Source: Macrostomum lignano
Lineage: Eukaryota
Assembly (NCBI GenBank): GCA_002269645.1
Contig: NIVC01004036.1
Location: 1-63,613 of the forward strand
Direction of reading: 5' to 3'
DNA length: 63,613 bases
The position numbers were made by a program, and so were the translations under genes. Each line of letters opens with the position of its first letter. Position 1 is the first letter of the stretch. The notes beneath the pieces are model-generated. The model ran no database searches and was not told the DNA's origin. It worked only from the letters and a program-made list of their open reading frames with translations. Of this stretch, positions 13,086 to 26,563 are shown piece after piece.

Positions 13086-13920
13086 CGATAGGGTTTAGGA
13101 ACAAAAGAAAATGGAATGCGTCAAAAAAGAGGATGGGATGAGAGAGAAGCGGAGAAGAGAAGCTGCAGGAGAAGAGTTAAGCGAGCTACTGAAAACGCAT
13201 CAGGATTTATCGTATGCATAGCATATATATTTACACCTCTATGCCTTACTAGGTGATAAATTGTCACCGCACAGCCCCAGTGACCCCGCAGACAAACGCT
13301 CTCACAGTGAATACAGCCATCAATTTAGTTTGAGTCATTTAAGTCAACACAAGCGAGAATTGGGATGAAACTGATCTGGCGCTGTCGCACGTGAGCTTGA
13401 GCTGACCTGCCACGGCGCGTAGCCTTCTAAATACAAGTCTTTGTTTCTCGCTGAAAATTTATGCAAATTCCCAGAGCCTGCAGATAACGCGACCTTAAAA
13501 AAGTTATTTGCAGCATCCCCTCAATTCATCATCGCTCTCAAAAGCACGTATAGATATCCCCTGTCATAATATCCTTATTCAGAAAGGCTGGCAAAGCGCA
13601 CGTGGCCAATCACACGAGCTTCCTGTGTCGATCAACAATACTTAACCAGCCTTGCGCCTTCAAATTCTCAGGTGCGAATTTTCCTTTAATAAGATGCAAT
13701 AGAATGCTTTTTAAAATTATATTTGCCATAGAAATTCTGGGGACAAATATCGAAAAAATCTTTAGATTGGAAAGAAAAAATGATATTGAGTTTTTTATTG
13801 ACCCGGATCAACACCTCGCTGATTCAGTAAGACCGGACTAGTAGGAGTGAGCTCAAGGCATGGCGAATTAATACTGAATCATAGCTGCAACCTGGAGTGG
13901 GAAATATGCCCCAGGCGCCC

Positions 13921-14460
13921 CGGGTGCTGGCGCCCCTGGTGCTGGCGCCCCTGGTGCTGGCGCCCCTGGTGCTGGCGCCCCTGGTGCTGGCGCCCCTGGT
14001 GCTGGCGCCCCTGGTGCTGGCGCCCCTGGTGCTGGCGCCCCTGGTGCTGGCGCCCCTGGTGCTGGCGCCCCTGGTGCTGGCGCCCCTGGTGCTGGCGCCC
14101 CTGGTGCTGGCGCCCCTGGTGCTGGCGCCCCTGGTGCTGGCGCCCCTGGTGCTGGCGCCCCTGGTGCTGGCGCCCCTGGTGCTGGCGCCCCTGGTGCTGG
14201 CGCCCCTGGTGCTGGCGCCCCTGGTGCTGGCGCCCCTGGTGCTGGCGCCCCTGGTGCTGGCGCCCCTGGTGCTGGCGCCCCTGGTGCTGGCGCCCCTGGT
14301 GCTGGCGCCCCTGGTGCTGGCGCCCCTGGTGCTGGCGCCCCTGGTGCTGGCGCCCCTGGTGCTGGCGCCCCTGGTGCTGGCGCCCCTGGTGCTGGCGCCC
14401 CTGGTGCTGGCGCCCCTGGTGCTGGCGCCCCTGGTGCTGGCGCCCCTGGTGCTGGCACCC
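13921..14460. repeat. Near-perfect GC-rich 15-bp array (ctggtgctggcgccc), 36 copies
   Basis: Four identical units per 60-nt line. Only the first and last units deviate. Confidence 0.98.
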
Positions 14461-14462
14461 CT

Positions 14463-14494
<32 letters not shown>

Positions 14495-14640
14495 GACTGA
14501 CTGACTGACTGACTGACTGACTGACTGACTGACTGACTGACTGACTGGCTGACTGACTGACTGGCTGACTGACTGACTGACTGGCTGACTGACTGACTGA
14601 CTGACTGACTGGCTGACTGACTGACTGGCTGGCTGACTGC
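14461..14640. repeat. (GACT)n microsatellite with GGCT variants
   Basis: Directly abuts the 15-bp array. Confidence 0.95.
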
Positions 14641-15659
14641 CCGAACCGCTACATTATTGGTGACATTTCCTATATGAGCAGTCTAAATACACTCGATTTG
14701 AGCCATGGAAAGTTTGTGTTGTAACTCTCAGGGCATCTGTGTCCCTATCTAAACTTCTTATCTGTTACAGATAATATTTGATATTAAAATTCAGTTAAAG
14801 CAAACACAAGTCTTTAAAGGTAAACACTTAGCAAGATAACAAGGGCCTGATACACCCTATAATACAATATTTGCTTCTGTAAATTGCTTAAAGTCACGAT
14901 TATATGCTTTGAATAAAATTTGTCTCAATTTTCACTATTGCTATGCTTCGTACGGCTGATTTCATTGAAAATTGGATAAAACTACTTTTAATATTGTTGC
15001 CTTAAGGAACTATTACACTACTTGCAAGTAAGTAGTGTAATACAGACTTTTGGTAATTTAAGAAAAAATAGGAAATAATTTGTTCTGAACTTATGAACGG
15101 TGGTACTGAAAAATTATTTTGAATATTTCGAAAACATTAGTTACGAGTTCTTCCTCCTTCAAAATCAGTTTGGGAAGCCTTTAAAATCCGGTAAGGAAGC
15201 CTTCAAAATTAGGTTGGGAAGCCTTCAGGATCAGGTGGAGAAATTACCCGGAGAAAAACCTGAACTCACCAAACGGCTCAAGCCAGCCCAGTCCGCAGCG
15301 ATCGTTGTCAGTTCTGGCGCCGGCGCTAGGAGAGCGCCAGAAGCGGAAAAACGCGGCCGGTCCGCCGTCCAGACGGGCGAGCCAGCCTAGGGCGAGAGGC
15401 GGCGACTGAGCGGCCAGGAACTGCTCGGCCGCCTGCGTTTGGAACAGCGGCCGGTTTGTTAAATTCGATTTTTAATTGCTTTACAGTGAAACTTCAATTG
15501 TCAGTTATTAAACCTGTCGAACTCTACTTACAGTAGATTGACAAGAAAAGAAGCTTAAAGTAATCGCTCTCTTGACAAATTACCCTGCGCAGTGCGCTAT
15601 ATGGAAGTATTTTAAGAACAGAAGCATTGAACACTAGAAAAAAAGAAAAAGGGAAAAGG

Positions 15660-16290
<631 letters not shown>

Positions 16291-17110
16291 CAGACAGGCT
16301 GGCAGATGGCCTAGAATGAAAGGGGAGAAAGAAAGACACAAAATCGGATAGGTCTGCCAGCCAGCGCCAGATGAACATGTAACACAGAAGACAGGCACAG
16401 CTCAGAGAGTTCCTGGGCATGAAAAGCGCAGTAGAGCGGGAGACCGCAGAGCTCAATGTTGCGGAGAAGGAAGGCCAGACAGACAGGCATATATCCAATC
16501 CAATCAGATAGCATCGATCGTGACGCAAGAGTCTGTCCCTGCACGGGATTAGTAAAGCAGACAGCCGGAATCTCAGGCCTGAGAGCCTAAACAAACCGGA
16601 GCTGCGGCGCCCGTAACACACAGCTCTTAAACTGCTGCTGAGCTAACAATAGAGTGAACAGAAACATCTGAGCATGAATAGCTACGGAGGTTAAATGAGT
16701 TCATCGTCGTAGCGGAGTTTAATAAACAGATTGGGGTATATTTGATGGAATATACATGAATATGAAACCTGACTAATAAATTAACCCATTTAGGTACACG
16801 CTTCCTTTTAGAATACTAATCTGCAGGCATTAGAACAAACGAACCATATGCTTGCGCAGTAATGCGATTCCTGGAAAGGCTGCAGCAGACACTTTAGAAT
16901 AAAGAGGAAGAAAGTGCGCAGTTGAAAGCTCTCTCCTAGCTGCAGTCTAAAGCCGCGGCCTATATTGAACTCGGTCGGAACTAGCTAGCTAAAAGGGATA
17001 AAAAGGGACAGGGCCACGAGGAGAAGTAAAGGCAGGAGAGGTTAAGCATAGCAAGTCATCAAGACACGGCAGTTAGGGTCTGGGGGAGTCACTATAGTGG
17101 GGCGCTTTCA

Positions 17111-19036
17111 CTTCACAAGACCTAAACTTCACAAGACCTAACCTTCACAAGACCTAACCTTCACAAGACCTAACCTTCACAAGACCTAACCTTCACAAGA
17201 CCTAACCTTCACAAGAGCTAAACTTCACAAGATCTAAACTTCACAAGAGCTAAACTTCACAAGAGCTAAACTTCACAAGAGCTAAACTTCACAAGATCTA
17301 AAATTCACAAGACCTAAACTTCACAAGACCTAAACTTCACAAGACCTAACCTTCACAAGACCTAAACTTCACGAGATCTAAACTTCACAAGAGCTAAAAT
17401 TCACAAGATCTAAAATTCACAAGACCTAAAATTCACAAGAGCTAAACTTCACAAGAGCTAAACTTCACAAGATCTAAAATTCACAAGACCTAAACTTCAC
17501 AAGACCTAACCTTCACAAGACCTAACCTTCACAAGACCTAACCTTCATAAGACCTAAACTTCACGAGATCTAAACTTCACAAGAGCTAAACTTCACAAGA
17601 TCTAAAATTCACAAGACCTAAACTTCACAAGAGCTAAACTTCACAAGATCTAAAATTCACAAGACCTAAACTTCACAAGACCTAACCTTCACAAGACCTA
17701 ACCTTCACAAGACCTAACCTTCACAAGACCTAATCTTCATAAGACCTAAACTTCACGAGATCTAAACTTCACAAGAGCTAAACTTCACAAGATCTAAAAT
17801 TCACAAGACCTAAAATTCACAAGAGCTAAACTTCACAAGAGCTAAACTTCACAAGATCTAAAATTCACAAGACCTAAACTTCACAAGACCTAACCTTCAC
17901 AAGACCTAACCTTCATAAGACCTAAACTTCACGAGATCTAAACTTCACAAGAGCTAAACTTCACAAGATCTAAAATTCACAAGACCTAAACTTCACAAGA
18001 GCTAAACTTCACAAGATCTAAAATTCACAAGACCTAAACTTCACAAGACCTAACCTTCACAAGACCTAACCTTCATAAGACCTAAACTTCACGAGATCTA
18101 AACTTCACAAGAGCTAAACTTCACAAGATCTAAAATTCACAAGACCTAAACTTCACAAGAGCTAAACTTCACAAGAGCTAAAATTCACAAGACCTAAACT
18201 TCACAAGACCTAACCTTCACAAGACCTAACCTTCACAAGACCTAACCTTCACAAGACCTAATCTTCATAAGACCTAAACTTCACGAGATCTAAACTTCAC
18301 AAGAGCTAAACTTCACAAGATCTAAAATTCACAAGACCTAAAATTCACAAGAGCTAAACTTCACAAGAGCTAAACTTCACAAGATCTAAAATTCACAAGA
18401 CCTAAACTTCACAAGACCTAACCTTCACAAGACCTAACCTTCATAAGACCTAAACTTCACGAGATCTAAACTTCACAAGAGCTAAACTTCACAAGATCTA
18501 AAATTCACAAGACCTAAACTTCACAAGAGCTAAACTTCACAAGATCTAAAATTCACAAGACCTAAACTTCACAAGACCTAACCTTCACAAGACCTAACCT
18601 TCACAAGACCTAACCTTCACAAGACCTAATCTTCATAAGACCTAAACTTCACGAGATCTAAACTTCACAAGAGCTAAACTTCACAAGATCTAAAATTCAC
18701 AAGACCTAAAATTCACAAGAGCTAAACTTCACAAGAGCTAAACTTCACAAGATCTAAAATTCACAAGACCTAAACTTCACAAGACCTAACCTTCACAAGA
18801 CCTAACCTTTATAAGACCTAAACTTCACGAGATCTAAACTTCACAAGAGCTAAACTTCACAAGATCTAAAATTCACAAGACCTAAACTTCACAAGATCTA
18901 ACCTTCACAAGACCTAACCTTCATAAGACCTAAACTTCACGAGATCTAAACTTCACAAGAGCTAAACTTCACAAGATCTAAAATTCACAAGACCTAAACT
19001 TCACAAGACCTAAACTTCACAAGACCTAAACTTCAC
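17111..19036. repeat. 16-bp satellite (cttcacaagacctaaa), about 120 copies, with higher-order structure
   Basis: The cacgagatct marker recurs at spacings that are all multiples of 16. Confidence 0.97.
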
Positions 19037-19529
19037 AGAATCTAAACTCGACATCATCTAAAATAATATTTTCATTTTTAATATGTTTTTGCCGTTAACG
19101 AAGGTTAAGACCTTCATTAACGATGCCCAACACTTGGTGAAGTTCGGGTCTAGTTTTGGGGAGAGCTCCCCAATTCAGCAATGTTAAGCTGCAATATTGC
19201 ATACATATACATTAAGCTAAAGTTGGAACCGGCAGGACATCACCTGGATGTATCCGCATCTGGCTGCCGGAAATTGGCAGCCCCGCGCTAGGGGAATGGG
19301 GACAACGACAGAATGGTAGTCTTTTGCATGGGAAGCTGCCGATATGGATCATGATAATTACGATGATAAATTGAAAGAATTTCCTTGCATGGACTTGTTC
19401 AACTAGGAATTTTTACCGGCGTGTATGGATAGATAGCGACTTTTTGGCACCAGCTTTAAAGAAAGGACCACTCTGTCAATGCTGCCTGCTGGCCAATCTG
19501 CTTGTCTGTCTAGCTGCACTAAGACAGAC

Positions 19530-20030
<501 letters not shown>

Positions 20031-20629
20031 CTGTCGGTTTTAGTATTTGCCTGTCTCAGCATCTGTCCCAATCGCATCATCTCTTTTACGACTTAAAGCT
20101 AGCTGAGTGATGCCCAGATTAAAATTTTGCTGCCCACTAGAGTCGGGTATAATTTATCAAGCTTATCTGAGCATAGAGAGAAGCATTACTGCATTGCTAT
20201 GAGTGTGCTGTTAGATGTGAGCACTATGAGAGGCTAATTAATTATTAATTAGGCACGACTGACAAGGCTTGCTTAGGAGTAGTTGGACAGCAGGTGCTGG
20301 CAGATGCAGGCTTGCAGGACTCACTACTGAATACATACTGAGTAAAAAATTCAGGACAACACTTATACTCGTAATAAGATTACTGCTGTACGATAGGACA
20401 GAGCAGTGCTACAAGGCGCGAAGTTCTCACATTGAATATCAGCGACACAATAATAATGACATTGTAACAATAATGAATGCATAAGTGGTTCGAGAGAGGA
20501 AAGTAAGAATGTATTTTCCATATAAAGACTGAGTCCATGCGCTTATGTTCAATAATTATCACTCAATCAATTATGTTTATGTTAAGTCATTACGAGTATC
20601 AGATCATGTTCATGAGCTCATATGCGAGT

Positions 20630-21502
20630 TTAGTGAGTGAATCAATGAGTTCAGTGAGTGAGTCAATGAGTTCGGTGAGTGAGTCAGTAAGTTTGGTGAG
20701 TGAGCCAATGAGTTCGGTGAGTGAGTCAATAAGTTTGGTGAGTGAGTCAATGAGTTCGGTGAGTGAGTCAATAAGTTTGGTGAGTGAGTCAATGAGTTCA
20801 GTGAGTGAGTCAATAAGTTTGGTGAGTGAGTCAATGAGTTCGGTGAGTGAGTCAGTAAGTTTGGTGAGTGAGTCAATGAGTTCGGTGAGTGAGTCAATAA
20901 GTTCAGTGAGTGAGTCAATGAGTTCAGTGAGTGAGTCAATAAGTTTGGTGAGTGAGTCAATGAGTTCAGTGAGTGAGTCAATAAGTTTGGTGAGTGAGTC
21001 AATGAGTTCGGTGAGTGAGTCAGTATAAGTTTGGTGAGTGAGTCAATGAGTTCGGTGAGTGAGTCAATGAGTTCGGTGAGTGAGTCAGTAAGTTTGGTGA
21101 GTGAGTCAATGAGTTCGGTGAGTGAGTCAGTAAGTTTGGTGAGTGAGTCAATGAGTTCGCTGAGTGAATCAATGAGTTCAGTGAGTGAATCAATGAGTTC
21201 AGTGAGTGAGTCAATGAGTTCAGTGAGTGAGTCAATGAGTTCAGTGAGTGAGTCAATGAGTTCAGTCAGTGAGACAATGAGTTCAGTGGGTGAGTCAATA
21301 AGTTTGGTGAGTGAGTCAATGAGTTCGGTGAGTGAATCAATGAGTTCAGTGAGTGAATCAATGAGTTCAGTGAGTGAATCAATGAGTTCAGTGAGTGAGT
21401 CAATGAGTTCAGTGAGTGAGTCAATGAGTTCGGTGAGTGAGTCAATGAGTTCGGTGAGTGAGTCAATGAGTTCGGTGAGTGAGTCAATGAGTTCAATGAG
21501 TT
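20630..21502. repeat. 21-bp array (gtgagtgagtcaatgagttca), about 40 copies
   Basis: Produces the VSESMSS / THSPNSL ORFs. Confidence 0.95.
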
Positions 21503-22603
21503 AATAGGTGATTAAATAAGTAAACTTCTGAGTAAGAAAAGATATTGATGAAAAGAAGAGTATTCAAGAGACTAAGAATAACTTTCAGCAGAACAAAAGA
21601 AACAAATAGTACAACATCTTACCTCTTCAGTGCGAAAGCAAAAAAATAGACGAAACTTGACTAGAACAATGCAAAATTTTGGTGTCCATGCAGGTGTGAT
21701 TGGTAAACAATTGACACATAATGTTTGCTCCAGAACAGCTTCCATTTCTAAAAATGCAATTCAAGAAATTGACTAACTTAAGAAATTTGTACATTAAAAT
21801 ATATACTAAATAGAACATATTATATTAGAATATACAAACTATATGTTCTTAGACATATTATTGTTCATAGTAACTGACTGACTAATTAGACACAGCTTTT
21901 CATATGGGCCAATTTTAATAAATCCTATATAACTAATTAAATTTAGTTAAAAATGCTTTTTTTCTCCCCAGGGTCCCCGGTCTAATTCCCAGGGGAGTAT
22001 TCCCTGACAAGCTCCCCAGGGCGCCGCGACCTGGCCATAGCCGCGCCGCGCCGACCTGAAATTTAAAAAACACACCGAACACATGTCCAGGAAAATGTCA
22101 CTTTTTCTGTTAGGGAATTATTAACTTTAACTTTTAACTTTTCAGAAGTTAAATTTTGGGCAAAAGTTAAATAATTAACTAGTTACAGTTAATTTTTTTG
22201 GAGCAATTAAATTAACTTTTCAACTTTTAATGAGTTAAAAAAATTGATTAACTTGCCCAGCACTGGATTAGAGATGAGAAGTTTTAGATTAGATTTTGTC
22301 TATTTTAATTGTTAATGCTTTTTAAATTATAATGACTATATATTCATTGAATATCTTGTAATTTAAAATATTTTTATCTTTTATAAAACATTAGCTAATT
22401 TAACTTTTCTTATAAAAATTGGTCTATTCCAAATTTTAAAGAAAAGTGTAAATAGTTTCATCATTTAAAAATCCATTTTTATTTATCTAAAAGTAAAGAA
22501 AGCAGTTAGACTTTAAGTATTATGCAATTGAATAACTGAAAAATAATACTTATAATAATAACAAAAATGTCATGATAAAAATAATAAATTACTTAATAAT
22601 AAA

Positions 22604-22680
22604 CATACATGCGCAACACTACAGTTGGCCGATTTGGCTGACTGATTTGGCAGCCAATCAAGGTAAGTTGCAAAAATGCC
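22604..22680. mobile_element. Degenerate solo end of the CATACATGCGCAAC DNA transposon family
   Basis: CATACATGCGCAAC followed by ggccga...ggtaagttgcaaaa, matching the reverse complement of the 48000-48081 terminus. Confidence 0.5.
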
Positions 22681-25600
22681 CATCAGAATAAACACCAAAG
22701 TAGTACTATATAGATAATGAGGCATTTTGCCTTAAAAAGACACTTATAGTTATTCCTGCCATTTACCCAAGTTGCATTAATTTTGCTTTAGGGTTTCTTT
22801 TATATGTAAGTCCCATTTTTGGCCAAAAACTATGTTGCATTTTTTGTTAAAACTAAATTGCATGGCCGACCAAATTTTGGAGATAGAAAATGGAAATAGG
22901 CCCTACTAAATAATAAAATTTGACTATAATTAAAATAAAATAGTATATTGCATTACCTTTCATTCATAGTGTTTTTTATAAATAAAATAATATATAGACC
23001 TACTACATATACAACTACAACTATATTAATGTCAATGAACTCAAAAAAGTTCTAAATCCAATCTTAAATCCAAAGATTATATATATAAATAGAATAAATA
23101 AACAAATTGATTAGGCTACAAATTTTAATTTAGATCAAATTGATTACATTACACTACTAGGGTTTACACAAAAGTCAAAAGTGAATTTTTAAACTGACAA
23201 TGAAACATTGTAGCCACAAAAATCCTTTTTGGCACTATTATATCTTTTTTTCTAGGGGTAGGCATCCCTTTTGGGTTAGAAATTGGTATAATTCATGGCT
23301 CATGGGCAGTGTATATGACTCAGTCTGGCCCTCTGTATCCGGCTACCTGTGCTGTCAGTCAGTGACAGGATGTGGATGCTAGGGTTGGATAGTTAGAAGC
23401 AATGCCATAGACCTAGACCTTGCAGTAAATGCAATGGAACAGCAATATGACAGCAATATTATCAGCAACAAAATATAATGTCAGATACGTCTATTACTAA
23501 TGCAATTTCAAAAAAACGAATTATTACTTTTTACAGCCAAATAAATTTCAACCTACCTCCTGTTTGAAGCCATCCAGCAAAACCCAAAGACAATCGATCC
23601 ATTTTACCAAAGAATTAATATTAAATGCAGCCAAAAAAGAATTAAACCTAAATAAATAGATATAAATCAGCTGTGATGACTACGAACTGTTCAGGCCATG
23701 TATACGCCTGCGCATGTACTGGTACAGAAATGACTAGATTAGCTAAGTTTGCCTCAGCTGTACCGTAGAGTCGTAGGCTGAATTCTGTTCGACTATCGTT
23801 TCCCCTAAAATCAAATTTTAAACTAATACCTTTTTATTTGCACAAAAATAAGTTATAACAATAGAAAATCACGTGAAAGTTATAAATATATTCTTTAGAT
23901 TGTTGCTAAAAATACGGCAAATTGAGCCTTCTAAATTAGGTTTTATTTACCGGAATGCGTACAGTTACACAGATAAACACTGAAAAGTTACCAATTTGAT
24001 TAACATTTACGCGATAGGCGATATTTAAAAGTGACTATTTATAGCCTATCCTGAACTGGAATAGTACTACAACTTCCCACTACTGACTCTTGTCTAGTGA
24101 TATAAAAATTAAGCCTTAAAGTCCCATGTCTTACTCTTAAAACTTGATATTTGGTAGGGGCCTAAATCTCATTTTCCTTCCTTGGACCTTGGTTGTAAAA
24201 GATATGTTACTCTTGAAATTGGTCTTTAAGGAATAATAAGTTTTAAAGAATGTATTTTGAATTTGTAAAACTTAGGTCTGTATCATTAAATGCCATTTAG
24301 TCTTAGATAAAATATGAATAATCATATTCATAAATCATATTCAGCCAAAAAATTGTTTTACAAATATTTTTTTAAGTTTGTATTTAACCAATGTTTATAG
24401 GTGTACCCTATAATAGGCCTAATTAGAATTACTAAGACCTTTAGGATTAGTTAAAGGATTTTTCCTGCTTATAAAAATCATTAAAATGCATGGCATAGCT
24501 TGACTCTTTGGTTTTATGGATCTATTTTATCTTTCATACATATATTAATTCATTGCTAGCTAAGAATGATTAAAATATATTTATAAAACCAATGAGCCAA
24601 GTCATGCTATTTTAATAATTCTTGGGCATAGACATATACAGTTATAAATAAAATGAAAACTAACAGAAAATCCTAATTTTCTCAATTAAAAACTTTATAA
24701 ATAATATTATAGGGCTAAAAGAAAGGCACAACATATCAAAAGATAAAGATTAGGTTGGTCTCTTATTGAAAGCAATAATAATGATATTAAAAAAGTAAAA
24801 AAGTTCCTATTTTCATATTGTATTTTTTGGCAAAAAGTTTCCTTCAAAATTCTTTGAATGAAACATAAGTATTGCATCCTATATATATATATATATCTTC
24901 TAAAATTATACTGTTTGGATGACTTAGTTTTGATTACAAATGTAGGTTTAGAGATTTTAGATGTTAGATCTTATATACTAAAAATGAATTGTTTGTCTCT
25001 ATTTATGTGATTGTAGTTTTCTAAAAGTTTCTAGCATGTATTTGATTTTCTGCAAAGTATCAAATAATTATATATTCAAAAGCATAAAAAATATATTTTA
25101 TATATATTTATATATTTTAAAGCATAAAAATATAGTCAAAAGTCTATATTAGCATATAGAAATTTATGTAGAATATACTAGAAATTATAAAATTAACTGC
25201 TAAGATACCAAATCTGGCCTTAAATTTAAGCTATTGCTTAATTTTTTCTTCAATTTTTTTTTAATTAGGCATATACTGTATGCTTTTATCCTACTACCAG
25301 TAGTTTAAGCTTAGGAAATGTTAATAGTATGATAAACCAAGATTTTAGGAGTTTTTCTACTAGTATAAAGCAGTTGAAGCCTAGTGAAAAATATTTTTTA
25401 TCTTGGAACTAAGACTAATACATGTTAGTCTTAGATCAAATGAAAAAATTGGAGAAAAGAAGAGGTCTAGAAGACAGTTGTTAGTTTGACTTAGAAAATA
25501 TATAACAACCAAAAAGGATAATTAAGACTAAGGGGATTGAGAATACATAGAACTGCTATAGGTTGTCATAGCAAGTAACAATGTACAATGACAGTTAATG

Positions 25601-26026
25601 CCTAAATTAATTTTGTACCTAAGGGATTAATATTGCAACCGTATTACAGACTTGTTATTTTGTTTTATACCTTTCAAATAAATAGATCTGTTTGGATTCC
25701 TGTCTCAATTCTTTATTTTCTTATATTAAGGACTAGGGGAACCTCAGGAACCTGGTGGCAGTAAACTACCAATTCAACCAGGATCCACTAAGAATAAATT
25801 GATCAGAATAACTAGTAGCCTTAAACTGCAATACTACAACTGCAATATTCTACTCTCTGGCTTGACAACCAGCAGCTGGACTCGAAAAATAAAAAGGAAT
25901 CATGTTGAAACAGAAAAGTATTTTCATGAATTATTGTATAATGTGCCATTTCCAATTTCATATGGCACTGTGATTCTTATGCTTAACAAACAAAAATGCC
26001 TTTCAACTCATGCACAGCAACTGGCA

Positions 26027-26563
26027 ATGTCCTCCTACTTCCTTCGCCATCGTCGGCCAAACGTGCAGCGCTATCTAAAAGCCTACGTTAACGAGTATTT
26101 CCCCTATCACAAGCCGGAGGTGACCTCGATTGGACTGAAAGCGGCAGAGCGCAAAGGCCTGATGCCCACGGCCCCGTTTCCTCTGGCCATTGGCCAGGTT
26201 GAGCCATACGGCCGCTACGATGGCGAGTTTCACAAGCCGGACTCGGACCACGAGCCCAGCCTAGTGCGAGTCCAAGTGAAAAAGCTCTGCTTAAACCGGT
26301 TCATATTGCGCTATTATTATCAATCGGCCACTTACCTGGCCTACGCTGGCCGAATAGCAACTAAGCCTGGGGATTTAGTACTAGTCGAGAAAACGCCAGA
26401 ACCAATGGAATTCAATTGTGTCTATCGGCTAGTGAAAATCATCTTCTCGGATGGCTGCATCACGGATCCTGTCACAGGGCTGCGGTGCTACGGTGGCAAA
26501 TACCAGCTGCCTGAACTGGAGGCCTGGAGCCAGCAACTGCCTCGGGCTGGGGGCTCTGACTGA
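26027..26563 (+). CDS. MRPS17: Mitochondrial ribosomal protein uS17m (MRPS17), 178 aa, single coding exon
   Basis: VRVQVKKLCLNRFILRYY...GDLVLVE...IIFSDGCITDPVTGLRCYGGKY matches the metazoan MRPS17 pattern (VRV..L.LDPYLLKYF...GDIVLL...VIDPVTGKPC). Start placed at ATG 26027 after acceptor cacag. The upstream part of the tracked ORF is AT-rich and probably non-coding. Confidence 0.85.
   Translation: MSSYFLRHRRPNVQRYLKAYVNEYFPYHKPEVTSIGLKAAERKGLMPTAPFPLAIGQVEPYGRYDGEFHKPDSDHEPSLVRVQVKKLCLNRFILRYYYQSATYLAYAGRIATKPGDLVLVEKTPEPMEFNCVYRLVKIIFSDGCITDPVTGLRCYGGKYQLPELEAWSQQLPRAGGSD

Noticed and set aside
12127-13141. YPIFP, GIWED and MGYGK repeat ORFs resembling adhesive or eggshell proteins
   Set aside because: They are frames of a 15-bp array that contains non-triplet indels.
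13847-14484. PAPGA / WCWRP / VLAPL repeat proteins
   Set aside because: A stop-free 15-bp unit is open in several frames on both strands, so there is no frame-specific evidence.
22258-22275. 14-nt match CACTGGATTAGAGA to the 23-bp satellite at 37334, beside a hAT-like end (aacttgcccagcactg)
   Set aside because: Too short to separate from chance, and no partner end or TSD was found.
25799-26026. N-terminal 76 codons of the tracked MRPS17 ORF
   Set aside because: Non-ATG start, AT-rich composition, and it lies upstream of an acceptor-like AG.
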